The notes below the pieces were generated by a model that saw nothing but the letters and a program-made list of their open reading frames with translations, did no database searches and was not told where the DNA came from. DNA of 62,662 nucleotides, filler included, from Nemertoderma westbladi (Eukaryota > Animalia > Xenacoelomorpha): assembly GCA_032718475.1 (NCBI GenBank). It is 3 parts of 3 records of this genome, joined end to end, with 100 filler letters (N's around TTAATTAATTAA, not from the genome) between each part and the next. Parts side by side here need not be neighbours in the genome. Positions count along the whole stretch, not along the records: positions 1 to 31,423 come from JAUCBJ010002571.1; 2 more parts are not named here. One strand, 5' to 3'. Every line of letters starts with the position of its first letter. Position 1 is the first letter of the stretch. A program made the translations under genes and the position numbers. Positions 1 through 13,504 of the stretch are shown here, in pieces.

Positions 1-109
1 TATAAATAAAACTGCACATAATAAAACAGGATAAAGTTGAACAGTGAATAAAACAAAACGATTTTACTATGGCAATGGCACTATTGATAATGAAACAATT
101 TATTACTGG

Positions 110-880
110 CGACACACAGGCCTTACAAGCTGATCTAGACGCTAGTGGAATGTTGTAACATTTGGAAGTTGGAGTTCAGCAGTTCAATGACTCCAAGTGC
201 AAGGTAATGCATCTAGGTACTATGTAGAAATCCCCAAGCAACTTTTTACACAATGAATGGACGGACACTTTTATCGGCAACCGAGGAACGTGATTTGGGA
301 ATTACATTTACACCAAACTTGTCCTTCACAACTCACTGCACAAAGACTGCAGCCCGTGCCATATGCGAGTCGTCCATTTAATACGAAGAACTTTTACATA
401 TTTGGAAGCTCCGATGTTTACCCTCTGACCCTGTTATACAAATCCCTTGTTCGGCCTCTCCTTGAATACGAATCGTCTTGAACAAGTACAACCTCGTGCC
501 ACAGATGTCATATGAAAACCGACTACGTGCACTCAAACTACCGACATTAATATATCGCCGTGTACTAGCCGACCTTATAACAACATACAAGTTTATCCAC
601 GGGATTGACAATATTGAGCGAAGTAATTTCATCCAGTTTCGTTCCGAACTCGACCAATACTCAACACGAGGCTCTTTCTTGGTGCTGTACAAAGTTCGAA
701 CTATAGGACTCAAAGGAAATGCAACAACTTTGCAGACAGCGTTGTAAACATTTGGAATCCTTTACCATTACGGGAAAGTGTTGTTAATGCACGTAATACC
801 CTTGGTACTCCATGCTTCAACACATTCAAAAATAGACTAGACTGCGAAATGTCCCTTAAAATGAATATATAGTGATACTC
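110..880 (+). pseudogene. CR1/L2-group LINE ORF2 3' fragment, frameshifted
   Basis: Motifs in several frames: LQADLD, FNDSKCKVMHLG, LYKSLVRPLLEY, SYENRLRALKLPTL..RR..ADLITTYK, typical of the C-terminal end of CR1-group RT. Confidence 0.8.
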
Positions 881-1229
881 CTGTGCGCCAAGTGGCAGTA
901 GCGAAAGCGATATCTTTCGGATATCTTTCGGATACAACACGATTTCTTTATTAAAATCTAGCTACAGTACCTATTATTTTCATTTTTCCAATCCCAACAA
1001 ATATTTTTTTGTATTATTTAGTATGGCCTACAGTCAAGGACTACTGAAGCAAGGACTGGCACACGGTCTGACGGTAAATAACCGGTAAATAACACACAAA
1101 GTTAGTGACATTCTGGTAAATATTAAATATATGTCTATTGAACAGTATTTGGGACATAAAATTATATTAACAGTGTAAAATGAAATTTAAAGTAGACTAA
1201 ATCGTGTGTAAACAAAACGTGCGCGATTG

Positions 1230-3050
1230 TCCATCCTTTCTTTGATGCGAAGATTATAGCAGACCCATAACGTAATGTAACGGATGCCCAATTTTCAAAT
1301 GTTTCATTTAATGTATCTAAGATTTTAAAAGCTATGAAGAAATTACCACTAAAGTACAGCCATTGTCCGGATGGCATACCAGTGGCTATTTTAAAGTTAC
1401 TGCGTTTTGAACTTGCTGCCCCTCTTGCTTATATCTTTCAGTCTTCCATTGACAATGGTTATGTGCCGTCGATGTGGAAAACCGCTGATATAATCGCGAG
1501 TTTTAAAAAGGGTGACCGTTCAATCCTCGAAAATTATCGTCCAATTTCGCTCACATCTTCTCTTTGTAGGTTATTTGAACTTATATTAGCGGTTGAACTT
1601 ATTGATTTCTTGAGTGCATATAACTTACTTACGGATAAACAGTATGGATTTTTAAGTAAGAAAAGTACTATTACACAACTAATTGATTGTATTAAAATTT
1701 GGGGTGATGCTACATACATAGGAAATTCTATAGTGACGTCATATATATATAGATTATGCTAAGGCATTTGATACTGTAGTCACCAGCAAACTTATAGCTA
1801 AGCTAGAATCGTACGGAATTACTGGTAATGTATTAAATTGGTTTAAAGTGCCTACTTACAGGACGCACTCAGCGCGTCAAAGTTGGTAACACATACTCGA
1901 AATACGTAAACGTTAAATCCGGTGTCGCACAAGGCTCATGCCTAGGGCCTCTGCTCTTTATATTATTTATGAACGACTTGCCTGATATTATTTATACAGA
2001 TACAAACGTGAGATTATATGCCGGCGATACTAAATTATTTTCTACTATTGACAATCCTTATAAACAGTTGCAATTACAAGCCGATTTAGATGAATTTTGT
2101 AGCTGGTCAAAGAAATGGCAGCTCAATATTGCCATTCACAAGTACAATGTGCTTACAATAGGAAATAATAATAATAATAATTGTAGTTATACAATTGATA
2201 ATCGTGTATTGTGCAATGTACTTAGCTGCCGTGATCTTGGTGTAGAAGTGGATAATAATTTACATTTTAAACAGCATATTGAAAATGTTACCACTAAGTG
2301 CTATAAAGTAATAAACTGTTTGTTCCGATATTTTGCTACAGCCAATTCTAATGCTATTTTACAAGCCTACAAGACCTATGCTAGACCAATTATTGAATAC
2401 GGTAGTAGTGTGTGGAATCCGTTCATTAACAATAAACCATTCATAGGACTCACAGACAAATTGGAGTCCATCCAACGTTATTTCACACGTAGGATTTTTA
2501 AAAGGTGCAATTTGGATTCCAATGCCGAATATTTAAAGCGTCTAGAAATTTTTAACCTCCAATCCTTAGAATTGCGCAGAATACACATTGACCTTACATT
2601 GGTATACAAAATTATTCATGGTATTGTCTCAGTAGATGTTAATAATATATTTCGTCGAGCCCCAACAACGACAACTCGTGGTCATTCGTACAAATTGTAC
2701 CAATTTAATTCTAGAACTGTAAATGTGCAAAATGTATTTAATAACCGTGTAGTCCCCGTATGGAACTCTTTAGAAGCAAACATTGTTAACGCTCCTACGC
2801 TGCAACAATTTAAGACAGATCTGTTATCTGCTGATTTTAGCTCATATATTAAATTTAACCGTATGTAATTGTAATTTGTACATTTAATTTTGTATTTTAT
2901 TTGATGTTTTTTTTTAATGAAATTTTTACTATACACTCGAACGCAACGGTCACATGTAAGCCAATCAGAAATCTGTGTCGTGTATTTTAAATAGATATTT
3001 TATATCATTGTTTTAATTTGCTTTGTGCCCGAGATGTCTCCTACATCTGA
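1230..3050 (+). mobile_element. 5'-truncated CR1-group LINE (RT), frameshifted, with 3' UTR
   Basis: ORF 1334-1762 (PDGIP, KKGDR...NYRPISLTS, QYGF), then AKAFD and SGVAQGSCLGPLLF, and ORF 1969-2868 with YAGD (degenerate YADD), DLGV, RPIIEY, RGH. Ends in (TAATA)n. Confidence 0.9.
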
Positions 3051-3227
3051 ATAATATAATATATAATATATTATGGCTCCGGACTGGTCCGGAGCCATAA
3101 TATATTATATATTATGCGTTCGAGTGTATAGTAAAAATTTCATTAAAAAAAAACATCAAATAAAATACAAAATTAAATGTACAAATTACAATTACATACG
3201 GTTAAATTTAATATATGAGCTAAAATC
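2833..3227. repeat. Fold-back: 113-bp inverted repeat (2833-2945 / 3115-3227) enclosing a perfect 29-bp-arm palindrome (3056-3115)
   Basis: Direct reverse-complement comparison. The hairpin core is TTATGGCTCCGGAC-TG-GTCCGGAGCCATAA. Confidence 0.9.
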
Positions 3228-3278
3228 TCCCTGGCTTTGATGAGAGTTTAGCATGTAGCCACAATAATTTATAATTAC

Positions 3279-4312
3279 CGCTGGTAGGTGCGAACTCTGG
3301 TCTCGCCACACAGCACACAGGGATTTACCCGCGTCGCGGCGTGTCATAGGCGCAGGGGAGGTGACGCCCACCTTCCACCTACCATACACTGATATACCAT
3401 ATATATATATTTATTCAAACTCGCATCAAACTCGATATGTCTCGATCTACTAAAACTTCTTCTTCCGTTAAACAATGTTCTCGAGAATAATACGATGTGA
3501 TCTCAAGAACGAATACGATGATGGCAGACTTTACTTGTGAATCTACCGAGCTCGCCCAAAGTATGTCATCCCGGATGGACCCCACGGGAAGTTACATCGA
3601 ACCCCCGATTAACCCGGAACAATATATCAATACAGCAATATCGCGAGTTTATCCTCAAGTATACCGAGCGCGATGGATGTTATCATACGACTTCCTTACA
3701 ACCGGTCACCACCCAGGAATTAAAGAATATTGATGGTCAACAGGTTGAATGGGACATGAAGATGTTCAAGCTTCCTTTGCAAAACTTATTTAAAGGCATA
3801 CGAGCCAACAGGATCTACAACCTCGCTTCCCAAAGGGCGTTCACCCCAACCCGTTAATGGAACTCAAACGACTCTTATCACTCCATGATGTGTTTAACTG
3901 AGGGTCGTCCACTTCCGGTTATCCCCAAATTGCCTTCTACGATATGGAGGAGTATAGTAAATCTGGTTCAAAGTCACCACATCCGAATAAAACTGACTTT
4001 CGCCTTTGGTACTTATGTAACCAGTGTCCTCATCCAAATCAACAAGTTTCCGCCACGCATGCGAACCATCCTCGTAAGCGATGCTCCCGCCATAGTTTCG
4101 TTAAACATACTTATGGTGGATTCAAAGAGGATCGTTTCAATGTTGATGAAACCCGACTGCGTAGCCTCCAGACGGTGAATAAACCGATGATTGACGTTCA
4201 GGAATTCTCACATGTCCCGATGTTACTGTTAGTGAAACCAATGATGCTATCCCCAACGGATCGGAGAATATGTATTTATATCTCCGAGACCTCGTATTGG
4301 AGGAACAGATAG
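3279..4312 (+). mobile_element. Old fragment of the BEL-family 3' accessory cassette
   Basis: GSYIEPP and DFLTTGH (3497-3733) match the 15734-16132 and 44599-45030 proteins. RLWYLCNQCPHPNQQ..HPRKRCSRHSF (3944-4312) matches 44313-44561. Upstream GGAGGTGACGCCC matches the family motif GGAAGCGACGCCC. Confidence 0.8.
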
Positions 4313-4828
4313 CACCACGATACTCAGAGGAGGAGTCAGTTTCCCTCCAGCATTCCATGGTTGGCATCAGTAGTGGGAGTCATTTACACGGTGAAGACTC
4401 TATGTGAACTTCCCCCTCTCGTTTTCACCGGAACATCGACAGTTAACCGCAACTATTTGGTAGCATGGGGGAGTGTAAGCGGATCCATTCCGCTGTATGC
4501 TTCCTACCTTAAAATGGGGGGAGCCAATTTATGACATTGGCTACTAAGGTATCCTATAGGGCATACCAGTAGGAGGATGATGCAATGTGACCAGCTGGGC
4601 AGTGTATTTTCCATAGACCCCAGGGGACATGGGCTAACTAAGGGCCTAAGGAAGGCAGCGGTCATGGTCATCTGGCCAATGAGAGGCCAGCACATGTCAG
4701 GGTTTTAGTACAGGTGTATAGATTAGAGGCCAACTACGTGTCAGCTTAATATTTCCCCCTTTCTATATATATTAACAGTATTTTATGAATTATATAGGCA
4801 TATATTATGACTAATTTAGAACTAAATT

Positions 4829-5344
4829 ACCATCGTTGACTTCCTCAACATTTCTCAAAAAAATATTGTGTTCTAGAACACAATATTAGCTAATTTAAGA
4901 ACATTAGCTAATAGCTACCACTAATAAAAAATCAAGGTATATTTTTTATATTTCTCCTCCCCACTAGTTCCGTGCTCCTCCCCACTAGCTACCATAAACA
5001 ATACAATTTTTTGCCGAGGGATGTTCTAGAACATTAATATATGTCAAAAACTGCTTAAATATAGCTTGTAAATTTTTTTCAAAAACACTAGCTAGATTAA
5101 AAATACTACAGTAGCTACCATAGAAAAACATTATATTTTTGATGCGGGATATGTTCTAGAACATTCAATGTTGATTGTATTATATTATTATATATATAAA
5201 TTATTATTATATTATTATAATAAAATAAAAAAAGATTTTAATGTATAATAAATCATCTTTTAAAAAATTACTAGCTAGTCGATTAGCTATTGTTCTAGAA
5301 CACAATATTTTTTTGAAAAATGTTGCAATGAAGTCAGTGGTGAT
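4829..5344. mobile_element. MITE-like element with ~50-bp imperfect inverted repeats
   Basis: CAACATTTCTCAAAAAAATATTGTGTTCTAGAACA recurs inverted at ~5291-5325. The palindrome TGTTCTAGAACA occurs four times. No TSD identified. Confidence 0.55.
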
Positions 5345-5670
5345 ATTAGGGCTTTCTATGCAAAAAGTACATCATTTAATTAATTAATATCAAAATATCA
5401 AATGCGACTGCATATGGAACTCTAGCCTTTTACTCATTATAGGCGGTGAACAGTTTTTCACCGTCAGCCGCAATTACTGTAATACTGTACATAATACTGA
5501 TTGTGCTATTATCATTTACCGGTAACTATATACCAACGACCTATTAAACATCAATAATTGTTAAGAACAGTCATCTTATTTACCGAGCTTTCGGCCTTCA
5601 GTATTCCCCAACGCGGCAACGCTTGGAGAACTTCTTCAGTTTATCCCACTCTTTTCACTTTATCCGGGCG

Positions 5671-6630
5671 GCGTATTCCCAATCCTTACACTAAACTAGG
5701 AACACCTCTTGCATTAACACCTGGGATTGGTTAATGAACTATTATTTGATTGGACGTTGAAATCATGTAAGGAATGGAAAGAGGGGTCGAACTAGTGTAA
5801 GTGTTTTTCACTTAGATGGCAGGTAAAAAGTTGGCTGCAGTTGGATGCACAAGAATAGCAGACTGTCTATTCCTAAGCAACTAGTACTGTACAGTACTAT
5901 AATCGACCTTCGACATTGAGATTCTATGCCAGCTTAATAAAACCATGCACTACCATGCAATCCACAATTGGCAAACCCAATGCAGCGTGCATTAAGAAAT
6001 CTATGCCGGCTTATCAACAAAGTTGCACTGCCACAACTCCCTATCCTTCATGACTTTTGCGAGATTATCCGTATCTTCAAGGCAGTGTCCTTTAGGAGGC
6101 GTCTCACCTTGGGGCTGTCCACCATGGGGCTGCCTAAGCACAATATTGTGCACAGGCTAGTCCTTAACGGCAAAAACAATGTCCAGCAAAGGAATGTATC
6201 CCTAGACACTAGTAGCCAATGTTCCAATCGTTTTAGCTTACTCATGCGGCCCTGTATAAACCATAACCCAATATTCTACTGCCTAGAATAGTACCACATG
6301 TTAGTCTAAGTCTACTCTTCTAATACTGTTGGTATAATAATTATTCCTTTACATGATTTCACCCGCTTTCTCCATTCCTTACAGCGTTTGGATCACTTTC
6401 CATCTGCCAACTGAGTATAAAACCCTTACACTAGTTCGACCCCTCTTTCCATTCCTTACAGCGTTTGGATCACTTTCTATCTGCCAACTGAGTATAAAAC
6501 CCTTACACTAGTTCGACCCCTTTCCCCATTCATTACATGATTTCAACGTTCAATCAAATAATAGTTCATTAAACAATCCCAGGCACCAATTCATGATGTG
6601 TTTCTACTAGTGTAAGGATTGGGAATACGC
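5671..6630. mobile_element. Non-autonomous Mutator (MULE)-like element
   Basis: ~160-bp TIRs (GCGTATTCCCAATCCTTACACTA...) and a perfect 9-bp TSD ATCCGGGCG at 5662-5670 and 6631-6639. Confidence 0.85.
5990..6290 (-). pseudogene. RTE-type LINE 3' fragment inside the MULE
   Basis: RRLLKDTALK and the downstream tail match the RTE 3' end at 28054-28236 and 38880-39040. Confidence 0.65.
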
Positions 6631-6836
6631 ATCCGGGCGGGATCCCAAGCCAACTAGGATCCCGCCCGTGCTCCACTCCCACTGGCAACACATGGCTCGT
6701 ATGTCATAAGTCGTTTTCAGATTTTGTCTGAGTTCGTATATCAAACGTATATCTCCCGTGCTCCACTGGTAAGTCGTCTTCTCTTAAAAAATATAAGATG
6801 AGTCTCACTTTTAATGGAACACTTGAACGTTTAGTG

Positions 6837-6946
6837 GGCGAAGGTTGCTTGCGGGCGAAGGTTTCCGACAGGCGATAGTTGCTCATTTTGAGGGCGAAGA
6901 TTGCTCCGGGCGAAGATTGGTCATGGGCGAAGTTTGCTGCGTACCC
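6837..6946. repeat. Array of GGGCGAAG(G/A/T)TT subrepeats, probably one end of a MULE-like TIR
   Basis: About six copies of GGGCGAAG spaced ~15-25 bp apart, ending GCGTACCC. No partner end found. Confidence 0.45.
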
Positions 6947-7447
6947 CTATTTCCTATGGTTACATATTTACTTAATTTGTACAGTAATACCCATTTTCCC
7001 ACCAAATGACATAAAATATGGAACAACGTTTCAAAATGAACTGTTGAATTTATTGTAAGGCCATTAAGTCGTTTGCAGTGTAAAAGTCCTCCTCACACAG
7101 GTTTTGATTAAAATCAAGCAGAGCGTTTGAAGCCACCAGTTATTGTGAGCTTGTTTAAATCAAATTGTTTTTCACTTTATTTCCTTCAATTTGCAGAAAG
7201 TTATTGAAAAAAGACCCAAAAGACCTTATCGAGCTCATAAATGGGCTCTTTTCCGAAGGCGTAGATCTTGTACTTTGTTTACCAGCCCCCCCCCCCCCCC
7301 CCCCCCCAATTAATGTAGAAAATTAACTTGCTGTAATAGATTACGACACTGCGTGTATTTGGTAGCTCCTTCTAATGTTGAACGTAATGTACAGTAGCTT
7401 GATTGTAACGCACGCACAGTAATGGACATCATATTGCACTTGCAGTT

Positions 7448-8369
7448 AATAGGGTTGGGGCGCGAAAAAATTGTTGGGCTGGAAACAATTGAATAAGGGG
7501 TAACAAGGTGTCCTGAATCGAGAGGCGGGTTGGTGTGTTTTTTTGTAAAAACACGTGGAAAAGATCTAAATGGCGGGTTTAAGTAAGCCCGGGAAGCCAA
7601 TTTTGAAAATCGGCTTTGACTGCTACATATTTGACGTCACTATGCAGTGCTCAGATAATTTCTTATATTGGTTTCTATGGAGGGTGATTTTAGATCCATT
7701 AAAATACATATTTAATCTCAATCATTTTACACGTGGCTTATATCAATTGGAAGCGGAGAGTCTTGTGCGTCTTTTGACACCACAATTAATTAAATTCATG
7801 GTGATAGCATTGATTAAATTAATAAATACACAATATAATTATAAACTTTATAATTATAAAATTATTATAAACTCGCAGATTGCCTGAATGGTATGCAAGC
7901 ACTCAACCACTTAGCCCTATCCACCTATTGCATTATTCATTGTACTGTAGTATCGGAGTATTGATGTATTGCAGCTTAAGTTCATTAAGTTGAAATGTGA
8001 ACCGGCTGACCAGTCACCGGTAGTGTAAGAGAGTGTGGCGTCAAAAGACGCGCAAGACTCTCCGCTTTCAATTGATATAAGCCACGTGTGAAATGATTGA
8101 GATTAAATGTGGATTTTATTTGATCTAAAATCACCCTCCATAGAAAACAATATAAAAAATTATCTGAGCACTGCGTAGTGACGTCAAATATGTAGCAGCC
8201 AATCACAGTCGATTTCAAAATTGGCTTCCCGCTCTTACTTAAACCCGCCATTTCGACCGTTTCCATGTGTTTTTATAAAAAACAAATCCCGCCACTCGAT
8301 TCAGGGCACATTGTTACCCCTTATTCGATTGTTTCTATCCCAACAATTTTTTCGCGCACAAACCCTATT
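7448..8369. mobile_element. Foldback/MITE with ~337-bp inverted arms (7448-7784 / 8034-8369)
   Basis: The arms are reverse complements; ORFs 7570+ and 8266- give near-identical peptides. Termini are AATAGGGTT...AACCCTATT. Confidence 0.8.
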
Positions 8370-8603
8370 GTATATAAATAACATAACACTGAAGTTTAAA
8401 CAATAGGCCTAGACCCCCTAATTATATTACATCAATATTTGTACTTTACAAATTCGCAAAAACAGTAATGTATCTTCCCTATTTAATTAATTATTCTTAC
8501 CAATTTTTTTACCTACACAATATTTCTTCATTGTAGTTACAGCGTCGTACTGTACTGTATAAACTACTGTATAGGCCTATCTGGATAGTCTGGTAACACG
8601 TGT

Positions 8604-8830
8604 TAAATAATTAGTTTTTGCAGCAAGTCCATATTACTGTACGGTATTATTAAAATATATAATATATACAGTAGTATATAGTAGGCCTAAATCGATGATA
8701 ATTTTAGCCCTCTAGGGGCCCTCTTCAAGTAAACTAAAACTTAAATTAATAGCTATAATTATCATCGATTTACTATATATATATTTGATTAATACCGTAA
8801 TATGGATTTGCTGCAAAAACGAATTATTTA
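8604..8830. mobile_element. Small palindromic MITE
   Basis: TAAATAATTAGTTTTTGCAGCAAGTCCATATTAC and AAATCGATGATAATT are both mirrored on the right side. Confidence 0.6.
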
Positions 8831-9041
8831 CATTATCATGAAGCTAACTCAGTTTGTTATTCTTTCATTAGTAACACGTGGTGCAAAAGGACTGTAGTAG
8901 CCTAAACACAGCAGATACGCAATTTAAACTACTGTATAGCGTAAAGCCTAAACTGTATGACTGGTTAACACACCACTCAGCACTCACTACAACGACATAC
9001 AGTATACTGAAGACTACGTTATTGAAATAGTAAATAATATA

Positions 9042-9634
9042 GGTACGTACTAAAAGGTAGAACGATCTATAACGGGCTATAACTTCCCATAAACAAGCCA
9101 ACCACTTAACGAGCTATAATATGAAAATTTACATTAAAAAACGCCCTTTGGGTGTGTTTGACTTTTGGATTAACACCAACACGGTGGTCTGAAAAATACC
9201 GCAGGTTAAAAATTAAGGTAGGCCTATCTGCCTATGCCTAATTTATACTGGTAAGTTTTTTTTATTGGACTATATTGCTCACTATATTCCTGTATTCTAT
9301 ATCGACCAGAAGCTAACAGCGGATAGCAGGATAGACAGAGAGATGGGAGACCTCTCCACTGCTGCGCTGCAGTAGTGGCATGCTGGCTAATGCAGTAATG
9401 ACTGATTTCGTGATAGGCCTACAGTATCACAAAGATGAAAAGCATTATGGACTAAAAAACCAAATTGCGTAATTAAATTACTGACTAGGAAAATAAATCC
9501 ATTCTAAAATATGTTTTTTATTGTAAATCTTCATATTATAGCTCGTCATAGGTGGTTAGCTTGTTATAGGAAGTTATAGACCGTTATGGATCGTTATAGC
9601 CCGTTATAGATCGTTCTACCTTTTAGTACGTACC
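9042..9634. mobile_element. MULE-like MITE
   Basis: ~90-110-bp TIRs starting GGTACGTACTAAAAGGTAGAACGATC and a perfect 9-bp TSD AATAATATA (9033-9041, 9635-9643). Confidence 0.85.
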
Positions 9635-12600
9635 AATAATATAAGAATATAACTTTATTACAGTGTAGTACTGTAGGCCTGTAATCAGTTAACTCGTTGT
9701 TTACAAAATTACTGTAGATTAGAACACAAGATTCTGATATACTGAAACAAAATTACTAGGCCTACGGTGCAAAATCTCAACAGAACTTGTTACCGGTAAC
9801 TAATTTACTGTTATACCAAACTATCTAAATTTATAACAAACTTAATAAACAAAAATAAATGAAGTATAATTACCTAAATCTTTTTTGGAAGAATATGCTA
9901 TACTGTCAATAGGGGGCCTAATGTAGGCCTAGCTACACTTATTAGTAAAACAATCGTAAGAAATTGTAGCAAATGCAACATGTAGCAAATTATTATGAGG
10001 CACAGTTACAATAACATACATACTGTAGTAGGCTAACATAATACGGTAGTTACTGTAGTTCGGCAGGCCTTTTTTTCATTGAACCTCCCATGGGAGTACA
10101 GTAGGCCCGATAGTAAATGTTTTCTGTGATTTTAGTAAGAAAATTTTATTGTCCTATGGGGAGTAGAGGTCTGGGGGGACCGCACTGGAAATAAGTCGTC
10201 AGACTTTGTGCGTAATCCCTGGCCTAGCGGCCGAAGAAAATTTATATTTTTTTTAGCAAAAGGGCATTTGATGGTGCCATTGCCACCAACCTTATTTATA
10301 TTGATAGCATGTTAAGTATAGGCCTACTGTACAATGATATAAAACTGATAGAGATCGAATGACCTTTTACCTTTCTACCGACGAATTCATCCAATTACCT
10401 CCATATATTTTTAGCAATAAATTCACTGTTGGAAATTAACAAATGGTACATAAACAGTATATTTCTACTGTATTATAATTAAACTTACTGTACAGGACTG
10501 GAATCTCATCTTATGGCACTCTTTGTTATGGCAATTTTCCTTTCACTATTACTGGAGACGATTATGTAAAGTTAGTTATTGAATGCATTTATGGCTGGAC
10601 TTTGAATTTAATATAGAGCGTACAATTTTGGAATGTTATCTTACTGTATATTATACAACCTTGAATCTAAAATTGATGTTGATGGAATGGTATGTTATTG
10701 AAATAATTTTGAAAATTAATTTAACTCTACTAAACTTAATTATCGTTACGATTTATCACTGGCACACTTTATAACCCCTGGGGAATCGAAAATCGTAATG
10801 CTTTTGGATATAAAGGTGATCGGGTGTAGAATTTGGTAACTTTTAGGAAAATCAGCAATGATGCCAGTTGGGCATTACAATAATACTGTACCTACCCGAA
10901 TCAGTTAAAACATTTACTATAGGCCTACTGTACATACTGTACTTCAATGCAAGGTGTAATGCAATATCTGACTGGACTAATAATTGTAGGTCTGTAGGTA
11001 GTTTATAATTATAGTGCTGCTGTAATACAAAATACACTGTAGCTGCACCAGCGAACAAACAGCTGGAGCGCTACTTTATGCACAAAAAAACTACAGATAC
11101 CGGTAGCTAAAAATGTTTCAGTTTAGGATGTAGGACACTTGCTTCTATAACTACTGTCATACTCTACAATCCAATGGCAATGAGGTCATATTATAAAGTA
11201 CAGTACTGGAAATTCATAATTCAGAAAAATATGGCGAATACCAATTCCAGACAGAAAACTGGTGGAAATTGGCAATTAGGTGTAAATTTTAAGTTATCCT
11301 GTAATTACAGTATAACTGCAATATTCGTGATTAAAAGGACGAATATATCATATTCCACGGATATTAAACGGCCTACTATAATATTGTATGGCTTACATAC
11401 TACTGACAAATTAGCTCATACCGTACAGTATAAGCGTGATATATGTATCAAATATGAATAATAACATATTGTAACTAACACAATAAGCTATACCCAGACT
11501 GCACTGTAAGTCCTACTACACAAAATACATTTATGTAGTACATAGGCCTACCTACTGTAAGCATTAAAAAATATATCAATCCCATATAAAATAGTACAAA
11601 ATCCCAAACAAATTGTCTGTTCCCATAAGCACATGTGGGTAAAGAAGACCCTTTTAAGATATTAAAGAATGAAAGAAAATTTGAGTAGGCCTAAAGATAC
11701 TGTAGAAGTCAAAATATTGAATTAAATTTAGAATTAGGCCTAGTAAATGCTATTGTGATACATTAAGTACCTACCGAAACGATTCTATTTTTTTAGAAGT
11801 TATCGAACAAAAAAATGTTTACGCAATCTTCAATTATTAATTAATTAATAGTCATTAATTATAGAGTAGCACTCATCGTAGTAAACTTGTCCTTTTATGG
11901 TGAGTTTCAATACTCTGTCTTTTTGGGAGGAGGTAGTAGGTCAATTTTAATCACATCTAATTCTTTGGACAATTTTTCAATATCGATATCTGAAATTATA
12001 GTAAATATATTGGAGTTAATAATAAATCATTATCTTTCTAATCTACTGTACTATTTGAATATAAGCATAGGCCCCCTGACAGATCAACCCTCATAAACAG
12101 ACACGACAACCAATCATAGGCCTATACGAAAAGTAGGTTAATTTACTGGACTTCGAGACACGCCCCACAACACTACTACTCCTATCCATTACTGTAGGCC
12201 TACATTAAATCAAAGTTACAGTATATATCATAAACACTATATAAAATAATTATTTACAGGACCTAAAATTTTTGTGCTTGTCTGGTGTGACGAAAAATAC
12301 AAGTAACATCAAATTTAAAACTGCCAAAAATTGAATTCGGTTGGATAATTTTGAAGCTATAGGGTATTCAAGGTCGCTAATCACGAAAGAACTTTTTATA
12401 AACTTTTTATTGAAGTGTAACATCAAATTTATTATAATTTGATTGTGCTACTTGTATTTTTTTGTGCCACATTGGCACATACAGCATTCAAAATTTCCAT
12501 AATCATTCAGAAACAACATTTTTTTAGAGTGTCATACTACAGTATTTCAGTAACCAAGAAAACCGATAAGGCCATAAGGTTAAGCCCATAAGGTTGATGG

Positions 12601-13230
12601 TTGATGTGTGGTAGTGATTGTTCGTATCATATTTATAGTATTGTTTTTTTAGTGCCTCATGGGGCGCATTCCAAATTACCAGAAATTTTCTGGAATGATA
12701 CAGTATGTTTGAGCCAGAAAACTGGCTCAAAAATACAGATGAATAACAAAAAAATTAAAAATGACACCCCCCCCCCCCCCCCCCCCCCGCGGGCGAAATA
12801 GGGTTATTAAAAAGTTTGACCCGATTGGATAACAAGCATTAATACAGTATACAGTAGGTTTATGAATATTCCTCGTCAATCCTCAATACAGTAACTATGT
12901 TGTACTGTATAGAAAATACAGTATATCACAGAGACAATATTCGGTTACATACTGTAGAACCTTTTCTTGCTAATGCTATATAATTTCTCACGTGGAAATG
13001 GTTAGTGTATGTGGTAGCCTACAGTACATAAGACTTTTGTGTCAACGTCTATTCGATTTTTATGCTACATACTGTACATAGTAACTACTGTAATATTCCT
13101 TCCCAAAAGTCAGTTAATACTGTTCATAAGATCACAGAACCTTATGGGAAAGTGAAGTAATTTCACAAAGGATTATTTTTGGGATAGTTATAAAACCCGA
13201 AAATAACGAAAAATACGAAATTATATATTT

Positions 13231-13388
13231 TTATGTAAGGCCTATGCTGTAGGCTATGCTGTAATGCAAACAACATTTTATATGGGAAATACTGTACATT
13301 GTTGCAGTACTAGTGTTGCATGTTGGGTTGTTCGGGTACCAGACCGATTCCTTCAACTTCTTCCCTTCAGGCTGTACCGGTGCTGTGC
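13231..13388 (-). CDS. Candidate downstream exon of the PEA15-like gene
   Basis: Acceptor ATTACAG|GC is phase-1 compatible with exon 26405-26548 and reads (G)TAPVQPEGKKLKESVWYP.... Similarity is weak and the 3' end is uncertain. Confidence 0.3.
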
Positions 13389-13504
13389 CTGTAATACACC
13401 AGTAGTAGGTCCCTACACTGATTGAATTTATTAATCTGAATTGATTAATCCAAACCGCCATTTGTCAACACCCAACAACCAACCAGCACACAGTATTCGG
13501 TATT

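Noticed and set aside
7285-7307. Poly-C/G runs (also ~12767, 27279, 35257, 37610)
   Set aside because: Simple homopolymers with no consistent context.
7570-8266. Pair of near-identical 93-105 aa ORFs as duplicated genes
   Set aside because: They are simply the two arms of a foldback element and have no recognisable domain.
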